A stretch of 64,000 bases of DNA from the human T2T-CHM13v2.0 reference genome, Homo sapiens. The position numbers were made by a program, and so were the translations under genes. A model generated the notes under the pieces. It worked only from the letters and a program-made list of their open reading frames with translations. It searched no databases and was not told the origin of the DNA. The stretch is from NCBI RefSeq assembly GCF_009914755.1, contig NC_060928.1; one strand, written 5' to 3'. Shown here piece by piece: positions 26,024 to 36,779 of this stretch (its first letter is position 1; every line of letters starts with the position of its first letter).

Positions 26024-29000
26024 GCTTATGGCTGGCTACATGAGGACACAGGACCAGAATCTGACCCAGTAGTCATCGTGAGATTTCTAGGAACGACAGA
26101 CATGAGCTCTGACCTTAGGACTCTCCTTCTAAGTGTTTGTGAACAATTGGCAGTTAACTACCGGTGTCTGGTTCAAAGCTACCCTAAGAAGATCCATGAC
26201 CTCTGTGACTTATTTATAAATCTTTTGAATGAGTCTTCACTGCAGAGACCTCTAGTCATAATATTCGATGCACTAGAGCAGCTCTCAGAGAATGATGATG
26301 CCAGGAAGCTTTGGTGGCTCCCAGCTCACCTGCCCCGCTTTGTCCGGATAGTCCTTTCCACGCTGCCCAACAAACATGGGATCTTGCAGAAACTAAGGTG
26401 CCTTATCCATGAAGAAGACAACTACATCGAGCTGATTCCCCGAGACAGGAAGATGTGCAGCCAGGTCCTCAAACACCAGCTGCTGCGCGTCAAAAGGAAG
26501 GTCACATCAGGCCAGCAGATTTATGTGAACAATGCATTATCCAAGTGCACACTGCCAATGTTTGTGAACCTGACCTTCAGGGAGGTGAGGCACTGGAGAT
26601 CTCACAAAGACGTCGATGAATCCTCCCTCTCTGTCACCGTTCATGAAAGTATAGAGCAGTTATTCTGGTCCTTGGAGAAGAAGTGTGGTCAGAAACTGGT
26701 CTCTAGGGCTCTTGGTTACATCACCATGGCCAAAATGGGTCTGAGTGAAATGGAACTGGAGGATGTGTTAGCCCTAGACAACAGTGTAATGAGTGAGCTC
26801 AAAGAAAACACCAGACCCAGCAATCCCCTGAGAGTACCTTACTTGTACATTGCAAGGCTCAAGGAGGGTCTCAGTGGATACCTAATAGAAAGACATGTGA
26901 AAAATGTCACACTCCTAGTCTGGGCCAACAGACACCTGCAGCTCATAGCCCAGAAGCTATATCTGCAGGATGACAATGACCTGCGTGAAATGCACACCAT
27001 CTTAGCAGATTATTTTCTGGGGGTTTGGTCAGGGGGCAGGAGGAAAGCCTTCTGCCTTGAGGACCCCTACTTGAATGGCTGCCTTGACTTGGAGAACAGA
27101 AGTTTGCTGGAGGAAGAAAAGCACTTCATGGAACAGGCTTCCTTTGACAGGCAGGCTCCAGACCAGCCCTGGGTTTTCCAGTGTAATCCCCTGGAACCTG
27201 ACATCTTTTTCGTTAATCATCGGAAAATGTCTGAGCTGTTGTACCACTTGACGAGGTGTGGAAAAACCGATGACCTGCTTTACGGCATCATCATGAACTT
27301 CAGCTGGCTTTATACCATGATCAAAATTGGCCAGTTTGACAAAGTGCTTTCAGACATTGAGCTGGCTTACAACTACTCGCAAGAGAAGGAGCTGAAGTTC
27401 CTGGCCAACACCCTCCGCAGCATCAAAAACAAGGTCACTGCATTTCCCGGCTCCCTTTCAGCAGAGCTTCAGCAAAGACTGCTGCCTGTTGTAAGCTCCC
27501 TGCCCAAACTTAGACATCTTCTTTTAGAGTGTGATAAAGATGGGCCCAAATATTGCTCCATTGTACCACTGCATTCATCCATGGATGTGACATACAGCCC
27601 AGAGCGTCTTCCCTTATCATCCAGTCACCTGCATGTCACAGAGATCCTGCCTACCTGTAACCCCAGCACTGTCCTCACAGCTTTAGAAAATGGTTCCATC
27701 AGCACCTGGGATGTAGAGACTCGACAGCTACTCAGGCAAATCACCACAGCCCAGTCTGTCATCCTGGGCATGAAACTCACCAGTGATGAAAAGTACCTTG
27801 TGGTGGCTACAACAAATAACACCTTGTTGATTTATGACAATGTCAATTCTTGCCTCCTGTCTGAAGTAGAAATCAAGGGGACCAAGCATGGAAGCAGCGC
27901 CACCTACATCAATGGATTTACACTGTCCGCCAACCACGCCCTTGCATGGCTCGAAGCCAGCAAAGATGTCACTGTCATCGATCTGCTGTACGGATGGCCG
28001 CTTTACCAGTTCCACTGCTGGTATGAAGTGACGTGCGTCCAGTGCTCCCTGGATGGTCTGTATGCTTTCTGTGGCCAATACCTGAACACAACCACCATAT
28101 TTCATTTAGGGAGTGGAGAAAAGTTATGTACAGTGACATCAGAATTTTCAGGTGGATTTGTGAAGTTTCTTCTTATCTTGGACACAGCTCAGGAAATGGT
28201 CATGGTAGACAGTGAAGGAAGTCTTTCTGTTTGGAATACTGAGGACATTTCCAGCCCCCAGCTGACTGATGACTTTGATTGCCGAAGAGAAGACAGTGAG
28301 GTGGTCAGCATTGAGCTTTCAGAAGACCAAAGTGCAGTTCTGATCTGTAAAGCCCTCAGCATTGAGCTCTTAGATACTGGTCTGTGGAAGGTGGCTGAAA
28401 AGTTCAGAGCCAAGCACAACGAACGCTTTATATCTGCCGTGCTGTCTAAAAATGGAGATTGTATCATCGCCACCATGGAAAATACCTCAGCTGTGTTTTT
28501 TTGGAGGCGGGACACAGGACAGTGTATGGCAAGCTTGCAGGAAATCTCAGGTTCCATTGTTAAGTTAGTGAAATCCAGTCACCACAATATGCTACTGTCT
28601 TTATCAACCAGTGGTGTTCTTTCCATTTGGGACATAGATATAATCACAGCTATGTCCAACATAGATAAGACTGGAAAACCCATCCAAAGTCTGTTGTTGC
28701 CTGCTAGAGGGGAAATCATTTACTCCCTGGATGGATCCGATTGTGTTCATAAGTGGAACTTCAGCAGTGGCTTCATCGAAGCAGTATTCAAGCATGAAGG
28801 AATAGTTGAACACTGTGTGTTAACATCCACCGGAGATATAATGGTGACATCAGATGACAAAAGCAGCCAGTATGTCTGGCACACCAGCAGTGGTGAAAAC
28901 CTTTTTCGAATTAACGGGCAGAGAATATCTCAGCTGCTGATTACACACAATGACCAGTTTGTGGTCTCGCTCTGTGAGGAAAATGCCTCCAGGGTTTGGA

Positions 29001-29956
29001 GGCTCGCCACAGGCCACAGGGTCTGCAACATTCTGACCACTTTGCAGAATGCCTTTATTACCTCCGCAAATACCTTCGTGGTGGGAATGACTAAAAGCAA
29101 AGTGTTGGCAGTCAGTCTTTGGACAGGAAGTATCACCAAGAAATTTTGCTGTGAAGATGGGACCACCATCGTGAATTTTAAATTAATCCCTGACTGTCCT
29201 GATATCATCGTGTTTATCACATCGGCCGAGACTGTGAACATCTGGAGTCTGACAGATGAAGTGATCTGTCGGCGCGTGCAACTTCCAAACAACTTCTTGA
29301 AAAATCTGGAGGACTTTGAAATTTCTCCCAATGGAAAGCTAGGCATTATAGCCAGGGGAGATGAAAACATCAATGTGCTAGATTTATACAGTGGTAAATT
29401 GCGGGTGGTTCACGCCTCTGGGATCATCTGGCGGCAGAGGTTGTCTCGGGATGGTCGCTACCTGGTATACATTTGTTTCCGAAATGGGGAGGAGGAGGAT
29501 GAAAATGGTGCAATATTCAGTTTAATTGTAATGAGACTGGCAGATGGCAAAAATATCGGTGCTTGTTCCCTTTACAAAACACCAACTTTCCTTGCACTCT
29601 CCCAGAGGCACCTGAACATCATTGTGGGCTTTGATGATGGGAGTATAGGGATCTACACGGTAGTAGACCGTGTAGATGCTGCACTGAAAATCAAAATTGC
29701 CACTTCAAATAGCAGACAAATTTTCAACAATGCAACACACACCTCCAGGCCAAAGTGTAACAGTTATTGTTTTAAAATATCTGTGGATTGCTTATGGAGA
29801 GAGTCCACTGAGGTCTTTGCAAGAGACAGCCCCATCACAGTTAGTGACTCTACTGAGTCCAATGAAGCAACACCCTCCAAGAAACACAACTCTTGTTATG
29901 AGCGGGTATGCTCGGCCCTAGAAGCCAGGGGCCACAGCTATGCCCCTGATAACTGA
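26024..29956 (+). CDS. NWD2: NWD2 terminal coding exon (1310 codons + TGA): NACHT Walker B/helical domains and WD40 propellers
   Basis: ttttgtgtttcag|GCT acceptor; uninterrupted ORF; LVIIFDALEQL Walker B; WD-type repeats (GSISTWDVET, GSLSVWN, GVLSIWDID); with 432 upstream codons it gives the 1742 aa I recall for NWD2. Confidence 0.96.
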   Translation, partial: AYGWLHEDTGPESDPVVIVRFLGTTDMSSDLRTLLLSVCEQLAVNYRCLVQSYPKKIHDLCDLFINLLNESSLQRPLVIIFDALEQLSENDDARKLWWLPAHLPRFVRIVLSTLPNKHGILQKLRCLIHEEDNYIELIPRDRKMCSQVLKHQLLRVKRKVTSGQQIYVNNALSKCTLPMFVNLTFREVRHWRSHKDVDESSLSVTVHESIEQLFWSLEKKCGQKLVSRALGYITMAKMGLSEMELEDVLALDNSVMSELKENTRPSNPLRVPYLYIARLKEGLSGYLIERHVKNVTLLVWANRHLQLIAQKLYLQDDNDLREMHTILADYFLGVWSGGRRKAFCLEDPYLNGCLDLENRSLLEEEKHFMEQASFDRQAPDQPWVFQCNPLEPDIFFVNHRKMSELLYHLTRCGKTDDLLYGIIMNFSWLYTMIKIGQFDKVLSDIELAYNYSQEKELKFLANTLRSIKNKVTAFPGSLSAELQQRLLPVVSSLPKLRHLLLECDKDGPKYCSIVPLHSSMDVTYSPERLPLSSSHLHVTEILPTCNPSTVLTALENGSISTWDVETRQLLRQITTAQSVILGMKLTSDEKYLVVATTNNTLLIYDNVNSCLLSEVEIKGTKHGSSATYINGFTLSANHALAWLEASKDVTVIDLLYGWPLYQFHCWYEVTCVQCSLDGLYAFCGQYLNTTTIFHLGSGEKLCTVTSEFSGGFVKFLLILDTAQEMVMVDSEGSLSVWNTEDISSPQLTDDFDCRREDSEVVSIELSEDQSAVLICKALSIELLDTGLWKVAEKFRAKHNERFISAVLSKNGDCIIATMENTSAVFFWRRDTGQCMASLQEISGSIVKLVKSSHHNMLLSLSTSGVLSIWDIDIITAMSNIDKTGKPIQSLLLPARGEIIYSLDGSDCVHKWNFSSGFIEAVFKHEGIVEHCVLTSTGDIMVTSDDKSSQYVWHTSSGENLFRINGQRISQLLITHNDQFVVSLCEENASRVWRLATGHRVCNILTTLQNAFITSANTFVVGMTKSKVLAVSLWTGSITKKFCCEDGTTIVNFKLIPDCPDIIVFITSAETVNIWSLTDEVICRRVQLPNNFLKNLEDFEISPNGKLGIIARGDENINVLDLYSGKLRVVHASGIIWRQRLSRDGRYLVYICFRNGEEEDENGAIFSLIVMRLADGKNIGACSLYKTPTFLALSQRHLNIIVGFDDGSIGIYTVVDRVDAALKIKIATSNSRQIFNNATHTSRPKCNSYCFKISVDCLWRESTEVFARDSPITVSDSTESNEATPSKKHNSCYERVCSALEARGHSYAPDN

Positions 29957-32205
29957 CAAAATGTTTTCCAGCTAAGCAGAAATATGTGATCCACGTACAG
30001 AAGGGAAAAAAATGTGCCCCAAATGATAAACTATTCATTTATTAAAAGGCAGGAGCGATGCTGGAATTCCAGTGTTTTATTAAGATGTTCATGAAATGGA
30101 CAAATAGGTTAGTCTTGGGTGTGGTCTTTTTGTCAAAGTGTATCCAGAATGTCAGAATTTCTAGTAGTAGTATTTAAATGGTTACTTCATCTGAAAGGCA
30201 GAGGCTAAAAGTTTTTAAATTAGCTGTGTGGTGAGGCAGCATAATACATCCCACTGGTTAAGATGAGAGAGGCTAGAGTTATATACAGATCATTTGGATG
30301 GGAATTAGTTCTACAAAAATCAGCTGAAATCATGAAGACAAAGAGCTGCTTGACTTCAAATGATTGTGTGATAAGTAAACACAGCCTTAATCTCTCTTTA
30401 CATTTTACAGTCCTGACAACTGTGTACACCTAGTCTGCAGTGAACGGTCTAAAGGTGCAAAATATGTAACAAAAATACCCAAGTGTATTCCCAGTTTCCC
30501 GAGAGATATGACCTGAAACATGAGACTGTGGACTGGACTGGGACAAGAACTAACTACCACTATCATAGGGCTACTGAACATGGAGAGTCAGTCTTTATTA
30601 AAAGACAGTTGCAACAATTGCATGCGAGGGTTTCTGTATAACAGAATATATGATTTTTAAACTATTTCCTGGGTTGCAAAAGAACACATTTAGTAAGAAA
30701 CAACAATCTTTTCGCATCTTTTTGAAATGCATATTTGTGCTGGGTGTAAAGAAGATTACAGGAAGGGCATTACAAATCTGGTCAAAACACCTGTCCATTT
30801 CCATCATTGTACTAACAGAAGTCTGTACTATTTGGTCAGTTTGTATGGAAGCATAAATATTCCCTAAATTCCTGCAGTTAGTCTTCATAGAAAGCAAGCT
30901 TTCTCAACATGCCATCTCTGAGATACTGATGACGTTTGCCTTACTCACATTCCTTCTCTTTCCTGTGTAAAATGCAGATAGATGACCAAATACTCTGGGA
31001 TAAACTGAATATGCCTGTCTTTGTGCTAAAATATTCCATAAATCTTAAGGGTGTCCAAAAGTTCTTTATTGTCCTTGTTTGTAATCACTTTCTTACTTCT
31101 ACACACCATCTGTATGCTTCTTTATCTGTTACTCTTCCTGATTGAGGACTCTTCTGAGCCTTTTATAGTCCTATCCATTTCAAAGCAGAAGCTGTGGAAT
31201 GGTATTAAATATTTTTTAAAATTAATTCACCTGTTTAAAAGAAAACATTGCATCTCAAAAGGTGAAGATGATTGTTCTTTCTTCCATATCCTCCTTACGG
31301 CATGTCCTTGGATAACTTTTCAAAAGGTATCCACACTTTTGGTTGAGTTTAGTTTTCTTAGAAAGTAGAGAAGTAACACTTTACTAGAATAATGAACAAG
31401 GAATTGATTTGCTCTAGGCCCAGCTCTGCCATAAACTCATTGTGTATTCCTAGACAGGTCTTTAACTTCATCAGTGTGTTGTTTTTGTGAAGTGCAAAAT
31501 AAAGATAGTGATAGTTTCTGCTGTAGCCCTCATAGGGACATTGGGAAGCAGTATAAGAAAAACTTCAGCAACATCATGATTATTGATGCTAATAGGAAAA
31601 ATAAATTCATGTAACCCATAGAGAATCCAGGTCAATTGTATTTCCTCTTGGAAAGCAGTTTAACATGTAAGCGTTCAAAGATGTGATTCAGATAAAAATA
31701 CCCAGGTCCATAGTGAAAGATGTTTTTCAGTATGTTACTTATGGTTTAGCTACTAGCCAGGGAGGTGGTAGCCCAGAGAAGGCAAACCACATACAGATCA
31801 CCTGGAGTTGATTATATGAGTCTATGCTTTTGAGCTCTTTAGGCAACACATTCTCATTCCTGTCATTATCAGTTGAACCTCCATGCCACACATTTCTAAG
31901 AATTAAATGCCTAGATGGATTAAATGTAGTATGTGAATGTTCTATGTAAAAGCCAATAGAGTATACAAGTGACTTGAATGATTTTTCCTAACTTGTTTGC
32001 AACTGATAGCTCATATTGAATGTTTTTATGTAAACTTTGTATCGTTGGGAAGAATTACCCAATCAGAGATTTATATTTTCATAAATGTTACATTTAGTTA
32101 AATTTTGTTACAGAGTTGTTACACTAGAAAATTATTTCAGTCTTCAAACAATATACAGTCTTGTGTATGTATTATTTGTATGAATAAAAGATAAACTACT
32201 TAGAT
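29957..32205 (+). other. NWD2: NWD2 3' UTR (~2.2 kb; includes a MIR-like fragment ~31410-31560)
   Basis: Follows the stop codon, repeat-poor, ends at AATAAA plus a GT/T-rich element; cleavage site approximate. Confidence 0.7.
32183..32188 (+). terminator. NWD2: Polyadenylation signal AATAAA
   Basis: Upstream TGTA elements (tgtgtatgtattatttgtatg) and downstream gcgtgctgttttt about 20-30 nt later. Confidence 0.75.
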
Positions 32206-33566
32206 TGGCGTGCTGTTTTTCTCCCCCATTTTTGGCAGATGTGATTAGAGACCTTCAGTAATAATAATAACTGTTCATGCTTACTGCTTATGTTGCACCA
32301 GGCACTGTACTTGGAGCTTTGCATGTACTAAGCCATTTAAACTTCACAACAGCCCTGTGAAGTAGGTACTGTTAGCATTCCAAATGTATAGGTAAAGAAA
32401 CCTAGAAACGGGTCCAGGGAGAATAGCTGAACAAGATTTCAGTGCACTCTCAGTGTCTTTTTCCTTAACTTTCTCAAAGTACATCAAAACAGAGCATTTA
32501 GTATCTAGTAGGCACTTAGAGATCAATAATGACCTGCAAGGTGTTTTCTAACTTGCAGGTGGGAGACTGGGCTAGCTCTGAAGATCACTGAAATTTGCTG
32601 CAAACTCTCACGTTTTTCAGGTATACAGAAATAGTTGATGAATTCATTAATAGAAGGATGGGGAGGAAGGAGAAGAAGGGTGATGACTGAGGAGTTGTCT
32701 CTCTCATAAATTCCCTTTGCGCGAACGAGCAGGACCAAGGGGAGCCTTCCCACATGCCCTTTCTTCCATCTCTTGCCTCTTGGATCTGAGAATCCACACA
32801 CGCACCAAAAAATATTTTTAAAAAACAGAAACAGAGGAGTATTGGTGAGCTTAAGTGATGATACATAGGAAATAATCTGAAAGCTAGTATCTAGTTGTCA
32901 TGAAATAATTGTTCTCAGAGAAACTTTAATGTGTTACGAAAATAAATTATTCTGGTTTATTGCCTGCATCACATGGCTGAGACTAACGTGTTCAAAATTT
33001 ACCACCACTGAAAACAATTCCATTACTTACAAAGGGTAATATCTTTAGGTTGAAAAGGCTAAACCCCTCTCCTTTTAGTTCTCAAAGAAAATGTAGAGAA
33101 GTTAATAAATATTTGCAAAAAAGCATTTCAAATAAATAGAGTTTGTTTAAATATCTTCTTTCCTAGAGCCAAGAACACAACAGTCAACACTGTATGCTTG
33201 CTATGCCCAAGGCATTATGCTAGATCCTGGAATGATTTGAAAAGTCACGCATGACTCCTGCCATCCAGAACCCTACAGTCTAGAAGAGACACAGCTAAAC
33301 CAGATGAGACTGATTTCAAAGTTAGTAAGAGTGAGAGCCAGGTGCTGAGGATACACTACAGAGGAGCAATTAACACTACCTGAATATCGAAAAGGTTGAC
33401 CCAGAGGAGATAGAGCTGAGGCTAGAAGAATAATTAGGACTTAGCTGTCAATGTCAGAGAGACATTTCAGGTAAAGGAAGCTGCATGAGCAAAAATGGGC
33501 ATTGAAGCATATTTCAGGCGACTTCAAATGCTGTTGGGATTTTAGACTTTATTCAGTAGTCAATAG

Positions 33567-33939
33567 TGTCACTGAAAGCCAGGGGCCCAGCCTAGGTCCT
33601 GTTGCTCACTACACAGAAAGCCAATCACTAAGGCAATGAGTATTGTCAGGGAAGAAGGCTTTATTATGGGTGATATCAGCCAGAGACAGGAGACAAGACT
33701 CAAATCTGAATCTCCCCTGGCTAAAGTTGGGGTTTATATGGGGGGAGAAAACAGGCAGGGCAAGGAAGAGGAGTTGCTCAATAGGCAGCAGGTGTCTAGC
33801 ATCTCACTGTAACCTCCTATAGGAAAACAGGAATTAGGGAGGGTTAAGGAAGAGGAATTGGTCAACAGGCAGCAGGTGTAAGTTTCTCAAGCTTCAGTGC
33901 TATGGGCATTTGGCTTGTTGGAAAATTGCGCTGGTTTCA
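33567..33939. mobile_element. ERV1 solo LTR (LOR1-like) inserted in L2 sequence
   Basis: tgtcactgaaagccagggg..ctaggtcctgttgctcac..cacagaaagccaatcact; ends ggtttca; 4-bp TSD atag/acag. Confidence 0.65.
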
Positions 33940-34899
33940 ACAGGGAGCTGGGAAAAAAAGTTTTGGGGAAGGGCAGTTACTTTGTCAGATGGCTTTCAGA
34001 TGGAAAAGATCAGAAGCTGGGAGACCAGTAAAGACCATGGCCATGATCTCAGTTAGAAAGTGTTAGAACCTGATCTTAGAACCTGCTTAGAGTAGGGGCA
34101 ATTCAAGATTTATTTCAGGGCTTAATGGATAGAGGTGTTTGATGAAGGGGAGGGAAAACTCAAATAATTCCAGTTCCAATTGGAATTGAGTAGATAGAAT
34201 TACAAATGTAAAGTGAACAGGGGATGAAAGTGGGGGAAAATCACAAAACAAACTTGGACCTAGAGAGTTTAAAAGTAAGACATCCATCTAGCCCATTAGA
34301 AATAGTCTATCTATCCCATGGAGAAAACTCAAATAAAAACCCACTCAGTTCTTTCTTTCTCAGTAAGGAGATTGCAATGGATTGCAAGGAGCCCTTACTG
34401 CAATGCCTAATATGGTGTGGGGAGTTTTTTGGGCTATAACATAAACGGATACCATAATGTTTTTAATGTTGTTTGTTTTTTAGAACTCTTTCACAAATTT
34501 GGAACCATGTTGATAAATCCACTCAAAAAAATTAGCTTTCCTATCTTTCATGACTCATTGGCTGGGAACAATTTACATGTCAGTGAAAACATGGGCACAC
34601 CTAAAAAATGAAGTGAATCATGGTGTTTTCACCCTGGTGTGCATCAAGAAACCATAGGTTTTTCTTCCATATGTTTTACAAGGGCCCCTCAGATCTCAAT
34701 TTGGCATTCCAAGAGATCTGCAAGAAGTACAGATTACACGTTGTATGGACACATGGAGGGTTCAGTTTCAGTGTATCAACATGACAGATTACATAAAACT
34801 GGTAATCTAGGGATACAAATAAAAGCAGCACCTCTAGCTTTATAGAATGCCAGCCCTTACTATTTAATAGATGAGGGGAACTTCGCCAGCTACCTGTGC

Positions 34900-35080
34900 A
34901 TATTCAGAGCAACGGTTCGCAAACTGGAGTAGGTACCACTTGCTAAAACACAGATTTCTTCACCCTCCCTCCCCAACTATTTCTGAATCAATACGTCTGG
35001 GGTGGGTCCCAAGAATTTGCATTTTTACTACATTCTCTCAGATTATGCCGATGCTATTAGTCTAGGAACTGCACTTTAAA
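34900..35080. mobile_element. MER5A-like MITE
   Basis: cttgctaaaacacagatt..ttctgaatca..gtctggggtgggtcccaagaatttgcattt. Confidence 0.65.
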
Positions 35081-35090
35081 ATCTAAGGCA

Positions 35091-35442
35091 GGCTGGGGCG
35101 CGCGGTGGCTCAGCCTGCAATCCCAGCACTTTGGGAGGCCGAGGCGAGCGGATTGCTTAACCTCAGGAGTTCAAGACCAGCCTGGGCAAGTTTAGGAGAG
35201 CCCACCCCCACCCTAGTCTCCACAAAAATAATAATAATAATAGTAATAATAATAATAATAATACAAAAATTAGCCGAGCATGGTAGCATGAGCCTGTAGC
35301 CCCAGGCACTCCAGAGGCTGAGGTGGGAGGATCCCTTGATCCCCAGAGGAGGAGGTTGCAGTAAGCTGAGATCGCATCACACTCCAGCCTGTGTGCAACA
35401 GCCAGACCCTGTCTCAAATAATAATAAATAAATAAATAAAAT
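35091..35442 (+). mobile_element. AluJ with (TAA)n expansion in the middle linker (~35229-35263)
   Basis: gaggctgaggtgggaggatcccttga AluJ diagnostic; (aata)n tail. Confidence 0.88.
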
Positions 35443-36639
35443 GAAACCCAATACAAATACCAACCCCTTTTTCGACAGATAACCTACTTGATAAATGTAT
35501 CAATATCCTGTAGACAATTAAGTGTCGACTATAAGTTGGACATGAGTGCCGTTCATTGTGACAAAGGATGTAAAACCACATATAACTTCCTGCAAAAATC
35601 TAACACTTTACAGCGTGCAATCCCAGCACTGCAAAATTAGAAGGATTCAAAAAATGGAGTGTTCAAATTCTCAAAAGCCTGGCAAATATCATGTGAATGG
35701 GGCTGGCATCATTAAAGTAGATACATTGAAAACCCAAGGACACTATGTCCATCCTTAGATAATACTCTGTCCAGATGCCTCTCCAATATCCTATTTTATT
35801 CTCTTGCTGGATGAGTTGAAAAGAAGAGAGAAGAGGGTAAGCTAGGTGGCGCAGTTGCTTAACACTTTTTTTGGCAAGCTCAGCATTTGCTTTGGAGCAC
35901 AGGTGAAAAGAATGTCCAGTCCTTAAGCAGAGTCAGTTCTCCACCCGCCTTAGGTATATGGATTGTAACAGCTACGAATGTGGAACTCAGTAGATTGGAT
36001 GCAGTCTTGTGGCCAATGCCCTAAGACCTCAGGAAAAGAAAGGGATGGAGGGGGAGTGGGTGAGGAGGGGACGGGGAACCAGGAGTTCATTGAACTCCCC
36101 CTGGGGCCTTTAGGGTGCAGGCGAGTGTGTGCAACTTCCCTGGTTTTTATCGTGGTGGTGGCGCCCCCGCTGTTTCTAGGTCCATGTAGCTCATACAGGG
36201 CTGGCCATGGAACTCACAGCAGGTCTAGGCGGCGAATGCCAGAAATAAGGAGGAAACTGAAAAATGCCAAGTTCTCGGGGTTTGGGAGTACACAACTATT
36301 TGCCAGCGGGTGCATTTGTTTTGTGTATCCCCGTACTCCAGTCCCTTGATCATAGGAAGCTCCCTTCTCTCCAGCGCAACATTGGAGTAAGCACCCCGGA
36401 GTTTCCCGTGATGGCAGGCGGTTGGCGCGGTCGTTTGTGCTCAGAGGCCAACAAGCGCGTGGATTTTCTGCTTCAGTGCGCCCGGGACTGCCACCCCGGC
36501 CCCGGGGATGTCGGACATCGTACTCCAGGGTTTCGAGCCCTAGCCCCGCCGCATCCTCGGGGCGTGCAGGTAAAGGGTTACGCGTGTCGGGAAGGCTCAC
36601 CCGCAGCCCGGGCCACGTGACGCGCGGGCCCAATGACAG

Positions 36640-36779
36640 CGCTGGGGCGGCCGCTGCGAGCTCGGCGGGCTCAGGGCAGCGCGGAGCCGCTAGCGTCTCC
36701 CGGCGCGGCTGCCCGAGGCCGGCGAAGCCATGGGCGCCGGGACCCCGCCGCCGCCGCCGCCGCCGCCGTCTGGCCCCAG
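36640..36779 (+). other. C4orf19: Putative first (5' UTR) exon ending at donor CAG|GTAGGG; start approximate
   Basis: Good 5' splice site at the 3' edge of the CpG island, followed by an intron-like AT-rich transition. Confidence 0.6.
36745..36768 (+). repeat. (CCG)8 perfect trinucleotide repeat
   Basis: Counted directly: eight uninterrupted CCG units. Confidence 0.97.

Noticed and set aside
27029-29373. Several antisense ORFs (65-147 aa) inside the NWD2 last exon
   Set aside because: Expected shadow ORFs of a long coding exon; no independent promoter or splice evidence
29954-29989. Leaky-context stop TGA-C with a possible 10-aa extension (QNVFQLSRNM)
   Set aside because: Context TGA CAA AAT matches neither TGA CTAG nor CARYYA; the extension has no clear targeting signal
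36730-36750. N-myristoylation signal in the uORF peptide (MG...)
   Set aside because: Position 6 is Pro, not Ser/Thr, followed by poly-Pro; poor fit
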